Origin: Staphylococcus phage VB_SavM_JYL01
DNA: 64,000 nucleotides
Sequence record: MH159197.1
Reading direction: 5' to 3' (one strand)
Part shown: one piece after another, positions 8,286-15,184 of the stretch
How the letters are laid out: the number at the start of each line of letters is the position of its first letter
Numbering within the stretch: position 1 is the stretch's first letter
Position numbers and translations under genes: made by a program
Notes under the pieces: model-generated
What the model was told of the DNA's origin: nothing
The model's input: the letters and a program-made list of their open reading frames with translations, nothing else
Databases searched by the model: none

Positions 8286-9773
8286 CTATTTGAATACTCC
8301 CCAAGCAACCCCAGGTATATGATTAGGTGGAACTCCTTGACAAGTTCTAACAGGGCAATATACTCTGTTACCATTGTAAGCATTGTAACCTATCCAAATG
8401 TGACCTGCTTGGATACAAACTTCGTCATATACAATTGTAGCTCCTGCCGGTAAGTTACCTCCTACTGGAGCATTTAAGAATGGAGAACCTATTCTAGTTA
8501 CTATAGGTTGGTTACCATTAACAAATGTTGCATTTTCCGGTTTGTACCAAGTTCCGTACTGGTTCTTTTTCCAAGAGCCTGTTACTGGTCTAGTTGCCGG
8601 TGTACTTGCGCTACTTGTTTTACCGTCTTTAACTACTGTAGAACTTGAAGTTCCTTTATCCATGTAGTTTTTAATTTGTTTAATGAAATAATCTTTTAGT
8701 TTATTCATTATTGCTTGAGATGGTCTTCCTTGTGTTACTGGATTAAATCCTGTATGAAGAACCATAGAACGATGAGGACAAGCTGTTGGAACAAATTCCA
8801 TATGCAATCTTACAGTTTTACGATTAGGAGTAAGACCCCATTCTTTAAATTTCTCTGCAGTAAATTGGAATACTGCTTGTTCGTTTTTAAGGAATTGAGC
8901 ATCACTAGCACTCATTGATTGACAGACTTCAATACCTGCAAATCTAAAGTTACCTGAGTTTGCTCCTGTTCCATCTCCTGTGTGCCAAGCAATTTGATTC
9001 TTAGCATCTATTGCTTCCCATACATAACCTTCAGAGCCATAGTAATGAGCAATACCATTAGCATATCTAGCATAACCTGCGTTAGCTAATGAATTCTCGT
9101 ATTGTTGCCCTGAAGAACGACCTGCATCGTTGTGTATTACCATTCCTTCAGGTTTCTTACCACGTTTATCCATTGTATAGTTAATATGGTTCTTAGAAAC
9201 TTTTAGTGTTGCTTTCTTTTTAGGTGCAGGTGTTTTACTTGCACTTTTCTTAGCTGTTTCTTTTTTAACAGTAGTTCCTGCTTTTACAGGTATCTCAATA
9301 AAATGAGTTAATCCGTAATAATTATCTACACGTTTTGTAGGTTTTTTATTAGCGTAACCGTTCCAGTTTTGCTCTAAAATAGTAAATGTAGAAGTATTAC
9401 CTCCATCATATACAATACCTATGTGACCCCATTGCTGATAACTACCGGATGTAAATACAGCAATCCATCCTTTTTTAGGTACTGTAGAAGGTTTATTTTC
9501 ATGTATTTTAAATCCAGTACCATAACTTTGTTTGATTTGGTCTTTAGCATTACCCCAAGTTCTAACTTTATTATCTGTTAACCATAATACATAATCAGTA
9601 ATTAAGTCTTGGCACTGTGCATGATAGTAACCATCTGCGTCAATTGCTCCTGCTTCCATTACACCAAACGATGGGTCATAGCTTGTAGCTTTTTTAATTC
9701 TATAAGGACTGTCTACTGTACCTTTTGCATAAGCGTCTAAACGTTTATTTATTTCTGCTTGAGTCTTAGCCAT
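8286..9773 (-). CDS. lysK: endolysin with CHAP, amidase_2 and SH3b domains (LysK-like), uninterrupted
   Basis: 495 aa. The N-terminus [24 protein letters not shown]... and the CHAP Cys/His region match what I recall of phage K endolysin, and there is a C-terminal SH3b domain. Confidence 0.9.
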   Translation of the reverse strand: MAKTQAEINKRLDAYAKGTVDSPYRIKKATSYDPSFGVMEAGAIDADGYYHAQCQDLITDYVLWLTDNKVRTWGNAKDQIKQSYGTGFKIHENKPSTVPKKGWIAVFTSGSYQQWGHIGIVYDGGNTSTFTILEQNWNGYANKKPTKRVDNYYGLTHFIEIPVKAGTTVKKETAKKSASKTPAPKKKATLKVSKNHINYTMDKRGKKPEGMVIHNDAGRSSGQQYENSLANAGYARYANGIAHYYGSEGYVWEAIDAKNQIAWHTGDGTGANSGNFRFAGIEVCQSMSASDAQFLKNEQAVFQFTAEKFKEWGLTPNRKTVRLHMEFVPTACPHRSMVLHTGFNPVTQGRPSQAIMNKLKDYFIKQIKNYMDKGTSSSTVVKDGKTSSASTPATRPVTGSWKKNQYGTWYKPENATFVNGNQPIVTRIGSPFLNAPVGGNLPAGATIVYDEVCIQAGHIWIGYNAYNGNRVYCPVRTCQGVPPNHIPGVAWGVFK

Positions 9774-10276
9774 TACTTAACTTCCTCCTCTGCAAATACT
9801 TTACCGTGTTCCTCGGTATCTTCTTCATCTTGAGAAGGTGCTGAACCGCCATCAATTTCATCTTCAATAGCAGGTACTTCATCACTATCATCTGTATCAG
9901 GTTCTGCATTGTTTTCATAGTTGTCTAATTCGAAAGTGCTAGCTGTGTTTGCATTTGCTTGCCATTGAACAAATTCATTAGGGTCTTTACTATCACGAGG
10001 TTTTATATAATCTGTTTGAACAATATCACTATCTTTAAGACCTTTAGTATTATTATCAACAATAATACCTAAACCTGCTAATAATGTTAGTATAGAACCT
10101 ATGATATTTACACCTTGCTCAATTTGAGCTGAGTAGTCTAAACCAAAAGCACCTGTAATTTGATTAGCAAATACTGCTACTGCTGATATAATTGCTACCC
10201 AAAATGTTTTACTCTTAGTTCTTGTGCTAAAGTTTATTCCTCCAACAACTTTAGGTTGTTTAGTTTCATTAGCCAT
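9773..10276 (-). CDS. holin
   Basis: 167 aa with 2 TM segments and a charged C-terminal tail. Sits immediately upstream of, and overlaps, the endolysin. Confidence 0.8.
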   Translation of the reverse strand: MANETKQPKVVGGINFSTRTKSKTFWVAIISAVAVFANQITGAFGLDYSAQIEQGVNIIGSILTLLAGLGIIVDNNTKGLKDSDIVQTDYIKPRDSKDPNEFVQWQANANTASTFELDNYENNAEPDTDDSDEVPAIEDEIDGGSAPSQDEEDTEEHGKVFAEEEVK

Positions 10277-10277
10277 T

Positions 10278-10334
10278 AAAAAACCGACCTTTCTATTATA
10301 TTTATTTCTAACAATAATATAACAGTAGGTCGGT
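10278..10334 (-). terminator. large-loop hairpin plus U-run ending the 10361..10546 transcript
   Basis: accgacct (10283-10290) pairs with aggtcggt (10327-10334) and is followed by a U-run. The 36-nt loop carries the late motif. Confidence 0.4.
10315..10324 (-). promoter_or_regulatory. late-promoter motif TGTTATATTA upstream of holin-endolysin
   Basis: Exact 10-mer on the minus strand, ~40 nt upstream of the holin ATG. The same 10-mer recurs before the capsid, tape-measure and fiber operons. Confidence 0.55.
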
Positions 10335-10360
10335 CATGTTTATCTATATTAATTTAACAC

Positions 10361-10546
10361 TTACTCATTAATTTGATTTAGTTTTTTGATAACTTCAGAC
10401 ATTTGTTTGTTATCTAAATCTTCTAATTTAGTTTCAGGTAATAACTCTAATTTATCCCAAACTTCTTCTTTATTAGATACTTTATTATTAATAATTGCCT
10501 TACCAACTAAACTTTCCGTATAATATAATTGCTTTGCTGATGCCAT
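10361..10546 (-). CDS. hypothetical protein (61 aa)
   Basis: ORF track. Confidence 0.45.
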   Translation of the reverse strand: MASAKQLYYTESLVGKAIINNKVSNKEEVWDKLELLPETKLEDLDNKQMSEVIKKLNQINE

Positions 10547-10705
10547 TTGTATCTCTCCTTTTAAATATGTAAAGTATATAGCTAGTATCGTATCCTAGGA
10601 ACAAACACTTGCGCTATATACTCAATGAAACTCTACCCTCATTCGAGGACACAGCAAACCGATTCGTCAACCGCACATGTGAATTCTCAAGTTTCATTTA
10701 TGTAA

Positions 10706-10777
10706 CACACCCTCTTTGATTTGCACAAAGACTAAGGGTTTTGGAGACCCTTGTACTACTAATTATACTAAGGGTGT
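10706..10777 (-). tRNA. tRNA-Trp (anticodon CCA)
   Basis: Hand-folded cloverleaf. Acceptor ACACCCT/AGGGTGT, anticodon stem AGGGT/ACCCT, loop CTCCAAA. D- and T-loops are slightly non-canonical. Confidence 0.6.
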
Positions 10778-10783
10778 TTATTA

Positions 10784-10856
10784 TGGTTTCTATTGGATTT
10801 GAACCAATGACACCTAGAGCTTCAATCTAGTGCTCTACCATCTGAGCTAAGAAACC
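10784..10856 (-). tRNA. tRNA-Phe (anticodon GAA)
   Basis: Acceptor GGTTTCT/AGAAACC, D-stem GCTC/GAGC, anticodon stem CTAGA/TCTAG, loop TTGAAGC, T-arm ATTGG-TTCAAAT-CCAAT. Confidence 0.8.
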
Positions 10857-10862
10857 TTGTAA

Positions 10863-10936
10863 CGACTCATACGAGACTCGAACTCGTACTCTCTGCCGTG
10901 ACAGGGCAGTGTGTTAACCAGTTACACCAATGAGCC
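10863..10936 (-). tRNA. tRNA-Asp (anticodon GTC)
   Basis: Acceptor GGCTCAT/ATGAGTC, anticodon stem CTGCC/GGCAG, loop CTGTCAC, T-arm ACGAG-TTCGAGT-CTCGT. Confidence 0.8.
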
Positions 10937-11067
10937 AAAATAAATGCTATACCCTAACCTTACCTTAATGTATAGCAGGTTTTCATATAAGCTCGAAGCA
11001 ACGATTATTACCACTCATAACAACTATATATTAAGTGAAAGGAGGTGAAATGAACAAAACGTGGTAA

Positions 11068-11096
11068 TTGGTACTTATATAGGAAGTATGTATAAT
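11068..11096 (+). promoter_or_regulatory. plus-strand promoter-like element (TTGGTA-17-TATAAT) at the 5' edge of a long hairpin
   Basis: TTGGTA, then cttatataggaagtatg (17 nt), then TATAAT (11090-11095). Confidence 0.4.
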
Positions 11097-11184
11097 CTAC
11101 AAGGAGTAAGTTATTGGTTCATAAAGGAGTGTGAACAATAAATACATGAAAGAGTGAAAGTCTACTCCTTGTAGATTCTTTTTT
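11094..11184 (+). ncRNA. candidate small structured RNA / large-loop terminator
   Basis: Perfect 15-bp inverted repeat: aatctacaaggagta (11094-11108) pairs with tactccttgtagatt (11163-11177). The 54-nt loop has its own gttca/tgaac stem, and a T6 run follows (11179-11184). Confidence 0.4.
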
Positions 11185-11189
11185 AATTA

Positions 11190-11850
11190 TCAATCAAAGG
11201 AGGAAACTGATAATTGTTAATAATAAACTATAAAGAGGAAAATATTTATAGTCACATTCTGATATAATGCAACTAAATATCCAAGCATAACCCGTCTCAC
11301 GAGGAACCTACCTATAAGACCTGTTATTAAGTGAATCACTACGATTGACTCTATTAAGGAGCTACCTTAAGTCCATCTCACGCAATTTAAAAGGGACTTA
11401 CAAACCGTATAACGATAGTAAGTTTATTAAATAATGTGATATTAACATATTAGTTAATAACTTTCACATGGTCGAAGAAAAGTAAATTTATTTGATTTCC
11501 AAATTATTTTTATCAAATATAGCTTCTTTTGAACCTGTAGATTTATGCTACTCATACTAATAACCTCTATTATCTAACACATTTCTGTGCTCCAACTACA
11601 GTTAGTCGTTACAGCGTATCTTTCTAGGATTCCGCTAAGACCCTAGAAAGAAATTAAACCCTAGCCGTTATCATACTCTACAGACCTTATAAGTAAGTAC
11701 CAAGTATACCAATCGTATTTAACAATACTAATGACGACCCATCCTACCGATATATTTCCGATAGGTTTTGATTCGTTTGATTATCTTGTACCTTATGACT
11801 ACCAAATCATTATTCAGTCACTATGCTCAGATATTTAGTTGTATTATTAT
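11190..11850 (-). ncRNA. ORF-free ~0.66-kb transcribed leader downstream of two consensus promoters; candidate structured ncRNA or pseudo-tRNA region
   Basis: No ORF longer than ~20 codons on either strand despite non-extreme composition. It has many local hairpins, for example tctttctagg/cctagaaaga at ~11621-11655. It is continuous with the tRNA cluster on the same strand. Confidence 0.35.
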
Positions 11851-11856
11851 ATATTA

Positions 11857-11885
11857 ATTATAACATAATTTTTAGTACTTGTCAA
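11857..11885 (-). promoter_or_regulatory. perfect sigma-A consensus promoter (TTGACA-17-TATAAT), leftward
   Basis: Minus strand: TTGACA (11880-11885), 17-nt spacer, TATAAT (11857-11862). Confidence 0.65.
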
Positions 11886-12033
11886 GTTAATTTTAAAAAA
11901 AATTATAGAAGTAAGATAAAATTCTTACTTCCAATTAAAATTATAAGGATGATACACATTGTTATTGTTTAAACTGGAAAACAATGTAAGAAAAAACAGT
12001 GATGTGTAAGGTATTTGTTTTATTGTTAATTAC

Positions 12034-12062
12034 ATTATAGCATATACTGATACCTTTGTCAA
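12034..12062 (-). promoter_or_regulatory. perfect sigma-A consensus promoter (TTGACA-17-TATAAT), leftward
   Basis: Minus strand: TTGACA (12057-12062), 17-nt spacer, TATAAT (12034-12039). Shares the ttgtcaagttaattt context with the 11857 promoter. Confidence 0.65.
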
Positions 12063-12088
12063 GTTAATTTAATACTTTTTTTAAAATA

Positions 12089-12307
12089 TTAGTTATCTTT
12101 TGTTAGTTCTTCCTGAATAGCATCCCATCTTCTTTCTGCTTCACTACGATTATCTTCTATATGTTTTGTAGTTTTACAACATTTGATACAGTATATATCT
12201 TTGATATGACCTTCTTCTCTTTTATTTGCTCTTTTTCTTGGTACTTTGAATACATTACCACATTCTTTACATATTAAACTTGAGTAAAACATTTTTTGTC
12301 TTTTCAT
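12089..12307 (-). CDS. small zinc-ribbon protein (CxxC...CxxCC), 72 aa
   Basis: LICKECGNVFKV ... YCIKCCKTTKH. Confidence 0.55.
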   Translation of the reverse strand: MKRQKMFYSSLICKECGNVFKVPRKRANKREEGHIKDIYCIKCCKTTKHIEDNRSEAERRWDAIQEELTKDN

Positions 12308-12410
12308 AATTAATCAATTCCTTTTCTTGTTTTATTTGATAATTTAACTATATACTATATTGATAAATAAGTCAACAGTTTTCTAAAAATAATTTAAATT
12401 ATTTTGAAGA

Positions 12411-12541
12411 ATCCTTTAATACCAAGGGTTACAAGAGAAAAAGTACGTATTTAGAAAATAAGGAGTACTCCTATTATATATAATTATATTCTGATATAAG
12501 TAATTAATAATATTAAATATATAATTATAATTAATAAGGTT
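12411..12541. repeat. direct repeat unit 1 (~131 bp)
   Basis: Three conserved blocks: atcctttaRTAYCA; then aaaagtacgtatttagaaaataaggaNNNctcctattata; then aaatatataattataattaataaggtt. Contains the perfect palindrome GGAGTACTCC (12462-12471). Confidence 0.7.
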
Positions 12542-12600
12542 GGGAAAATTGAATTAAATATAATCTGATACTTGGTAAAACTACTCAATATAGAAGTAAA

Positions 12601-12732
12601 ATCCTTTAGTATCAGTACTTACAGACAAAAAAGTACGTATTTAGAAAATAAGGAACTCTCCTATTATAGTTATATATACTTATTAATTATTATTAATTAC
12701 TATCTAAATATATAATTATAATTAATAAGGTT
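12601..12732. repeat. direct repeat unit 2 (~132 bp), ~85% identical to unit 1
   Basis: Same three conserved blocks with a divergent AT-rich middle. Unit-to-unit spacing ~190 bp. Confidence 0.7.
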
Positions 12733-12787
12733 AGAGAGTCAACAAAAAGACAAATAAAAAAGTGACTACTTAAAGTCACTTGTTAAT

Positions 12788-12997
12788 TTAAAAAACTATT
12801 TTAAATGATTCAATCATTCTTGGGTTAATATAAATTAAACTAGAACTAGCATCTTCAGTTGTATTAACTTTTATTGATGCTGAATCAGAACCACTAATCA
12901 TATAGTCTATATCTTTTCTAGTGTAACCCTTTTCGTCAGATGATACTAAAAAATATTTAGCACCACTTAACATTGTTATTTCAATATGTTTTGACAT
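12788..12997 (-). CDS. hypothetical protein (69 aa)
   Basis: ORF track. Confidence 0.5.
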   Translation of the reverse strand: MSKHIEITMLSGAKYFLVSSDEKGYTRKDIDYMISGSDSASIKVNTTEDASSSLIYINPRMIESFKIVF

Positions 12998-13009
12998 CTA
13001 CAATCTCTC

Positions 13010-13342
13010 CTATGCAAATTTGTTAAAGACAAAGGATAGTATAGCACCTAGAACGAGTAAAAGAACCTTCTCAGTAGTATCCTTCTTCCTAGTATCTTTA
13101 GTTTTTGTACTTTCAGCAAGTTCTGAAATCTTTTCATCAAGTCTTTCTAATTGGACGTAAATTGCTGATTGTTTTTCACTATTGACAGCTACATCTTTAT
13201 CTATACTAACTATCATTTTTCTTAGTTCAGCTACCTCAACTTCTAAATCTTTGAAAGTTCCTCTATCTATATAATTACCTTCTTGTATCTTAGACTTAAT
13301 AGTTTCTACTTGAGAAACAAGGTTGTTTATCTCCTTATCCAA
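13010..13342 (-). CDS. coiled-coil protein with C-terminal TM anchor (tail-anchored membrane protein)
   Basis: Heptad-rich body, then a KKDTTEK stretch, then a hydrophobic C-terminus VLLLVLGAILSFVF. Confidence 0.55.
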   Translation of the reverse strand: MDKEINNLVSQVETIKSKIQEGNYIDRGTFKDLEVEVAELRKMIVSIDKDVAVNSEKQSAIYVQLERLDEKISELAESTKTKDTRKKDTTEKVLLLVLGAILSFVFNKFA

Positions 13343-13354
13343 CTAGAATCACCT

Positions 13355-13681
13355 CTAAGGTCTAACCGTTTCAGATTCAGAATGGATATCATAATTTTCT
13401 AAGAAATCATTGATAATCTCCATATAATTATCCGTAACGACTTTTCCGTAAGATGTTTTTGTATCAATTTCAAACCTAAGCTTACCAAAACTTTGGAGGT
13501 CTAATTCTTTTATTACAATATTAGGGTCATCAGAAGGAAGGTAATAATAGTCGAAGTATATAATTGAGCCATTTATTAATACTCTGTCTATTCTATAGAC
13601 GTGGAAATAGCGTCTGTCTCTTTTAAAATGGGCTAGTGCATCTTTAAACTCTAACTTAAGGATATCCTTATATTTAGTCAA
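13355..13681 (-). CDS. hypothetical protein (108 aa)
   Basis: ORF track. Confidence 0.5.
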   Translation of the reverse strand: MTKYKDILKLEFKDALAHFKRDRRYFHVYRIDRVLINGSIIYFDYYYLPSDDPNIVIKELDLQSFGKLRFEIDTKTSYGKVVTDNYMEIINDFLENYDIHSESETVRP

Positions 13682-13713
13682 AGTGGTAACCTCCTTACTA
13701 TTAATTTTTAAAT

Positions 13714-13980
13714 TTACTTATTTTGTGGTATAATAGTTATGATAAAGGCAGTTATTATAATTATATTAAGAATAATGATAATAATTATTTTTTCTGAGAA
13801 AATAAGCCAAATACTAAAAACAGATAAAGCATAGATAGCTGATAGATATACTATATTAAGAGTTACCTTACTTTTATCTTCTTTATAGATAGAATAACCT
13901 AAAGACGTTGTAACACCACTAAGTATAAAATAATAGAAACAAAAAAGAGGTATAGACAGAAAAAAAGATACGATAATCAT
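13714..13980 (-). CDS. small very hydrophobic membrane protein (88 aa, ~3 TM)
   Basis: ORF track; Ile/Leu-rich. Confidence 0.5.
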   Translation of the reverse strand: MIIVSFFLSIPLFCFYYFILSGVTTSLGYSIYKEDKSKVTLNIVYLSAIYALSVFSIWLIFSEKIIIIIILNIIIITAFIITIIPQNK

Positions 13981-14037
13981 TGTTAAACACCTATTTCTTT
14001 TTGACCTATTATTTATAGAACTTTTAGATTACACCAC

Positions 14038-14047
14038 TAATATAACA
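14038..14047 (-). promoter_or_regulatory. late-promoter motif TGTTATATTA (leftward)
   Basis: Exact 10-mer on the minus strand, ~58 nt upstream of the 13980 start. Confidence 0.5.
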
Positions 14048-14072
14048 TTAAAAGCCAGTCATAAAAGTCAAT

Positions 14073-14082
14073 TGTTAGATTA
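14073..14082 (+). promoter_or_regulatory. late-motif variant TGTTAGATTA (rightward), 1 mismatch
   Basis: Located ~40 nt upstream of the 14121 start, in the divergent region. Confidence 0.3.
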
Positions 14083-14120
14083 ATAATATAATAAAAAAAG
14101 ACAATAGGAGGTTAAAGTGG

Positions 14121-14507
14121 TTGAATAATAACATAGCTATATTCATATTCAAAACACTGGTTATCATTATATTCTTACTACTAATTTTGTCTGTTATTAA
14201 TTCCTTGTCCCTTATTTATTCAATAAGACCGAGTGTAGTTATGACATACTTTATATTTGGTGGTATTGTTTCTAATGTCGCACTTACTATAACAGATAAG
14301 TTCTTACTGAAGAAAGAAGACCCCCTACCTGAATATGTTCTTAAAAAAGTAGAGATAAATGATAAAGAAATAAGAATAATCAAGAAAATCATAGAAAGTA
14401 ACTACGGTATAACAGCAGAAGAGATAAAAGTTAGGGCTAAAGCACAAAGAAGAATAGAGGAAGATAGTAAAAAGGAAGATTACGATGAAAACAAAGAAAG
14501 AAATTAA
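14121..14507 (+). CDS. membrane protein with charged C-terminal domain (128 aa, TTG start)
   Basis: ORF track; GGAGG SD upstream. Confidence 0.5.
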   Translation: MNNNIAIFIFKTLVIIIFLLLILSVINSLSLIYSIRPSVVMTYFIFGGIVSNVALTITDKFLLKKEDPLPEYVLKKVEINDKEIRIIKKIIESNYGITAEEIKVRAKAQRRIEEDSKKEDYDENKERN

Positions 14508-14763
14508 AGAACAAAGGAAAGAGCTTAAGGATGGTGCTACATCTGTTTCTTTAGTAAAAAAAGGAGATAAGAGAATAGCTAGCCCTAGTAGAATTTGTAG
14601 CCTATGCGGTCAGCAGTTATCAGGTATGAATTACACTAAAGGAAAAGCATTATCAAAAGTTAATCATTTTCATTTACAGTATTCTAAGTATATTTATTTT
14701 GATATTTGCGCAGATATCAACAATTGTTATAAGAATTTAAGAAAAAGAGGTGAAATGGATTGA
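14485..14763 (+). CDS. small Cys/His-containing protein (CSLCG...NHFH...CADINNC), possible Zn-binding
   Basis: ORF track; overlaps neighbouring genes at both ends. Confidence 0.45.
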   Translation: MKTKKEIKEQRKELKDGATSVSLVKKGDKRIASPSRICSLCGQQLSGMNYTKGKALSKVNHFHLQYSKYIYFDICADINNCYKNLRKRGEMD

Positions 14764-15170
14764 GTGCAGAAAATATTAGAGATATAATTAACAAGAAAAA
14801 GTTAGAAGAAGAGGATACAAGAAAATATATAGCTGATGGATTTATGAATGGTATAGGTAAATTAATGTATGAATTCAATAAAAAAGTAGATAATAAAGAA
14901 ATAGAAGTTAAAGACCCTAATGATTTATATAAACTATTCGTGATATTCTCTCAAATGCAAAATATGGTTAATGAAACTTCTGAAGGTGGAGCAATACCTC
15001 AGCTATCTAGACCTCAGCAAGAATTATTTGACGAGATTACAACAGAAGATAGTAATGGAGAATCTACAGTTGATTTACAGAAGATACAAGAAATGACAGC
15101 AGAAGATATTACAGCAATGATTTCTGAAAAAGAAAAAGTAATGAATGAGGAAAATTCAGAAACATTCTAA
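14760..15170 (+). CDS. acidic protein immediately upstream of terminase large subunit (small-terminase candidate by position only)
   Basis: Gene order only; no motif seen. Confidence 0.4.
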   Translation: MSAENIRDIINKKKLEEEDTRKYIADGFMNGIGKLMYEFNKKVDNKEIEVKDPNDLYKLFVIFSQMQNMVNETSEGGAIPQLSRPQQELFDEITTEDSNGESTVDLQKIQEMTAEDITAMISEKEKVMNEENSETF

Positions 15171-15184
15171 GGAGAAAGATATAA

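Noticed and set aside
10560-10705. Possible fourth tRNA (Met) distal to tRNA-Trp
   Set aside because: I could not build a cloverleaf by hand. Only a short CCTC-GAAT-GAGG hairpin is present. Left for tRNAscan to decide.
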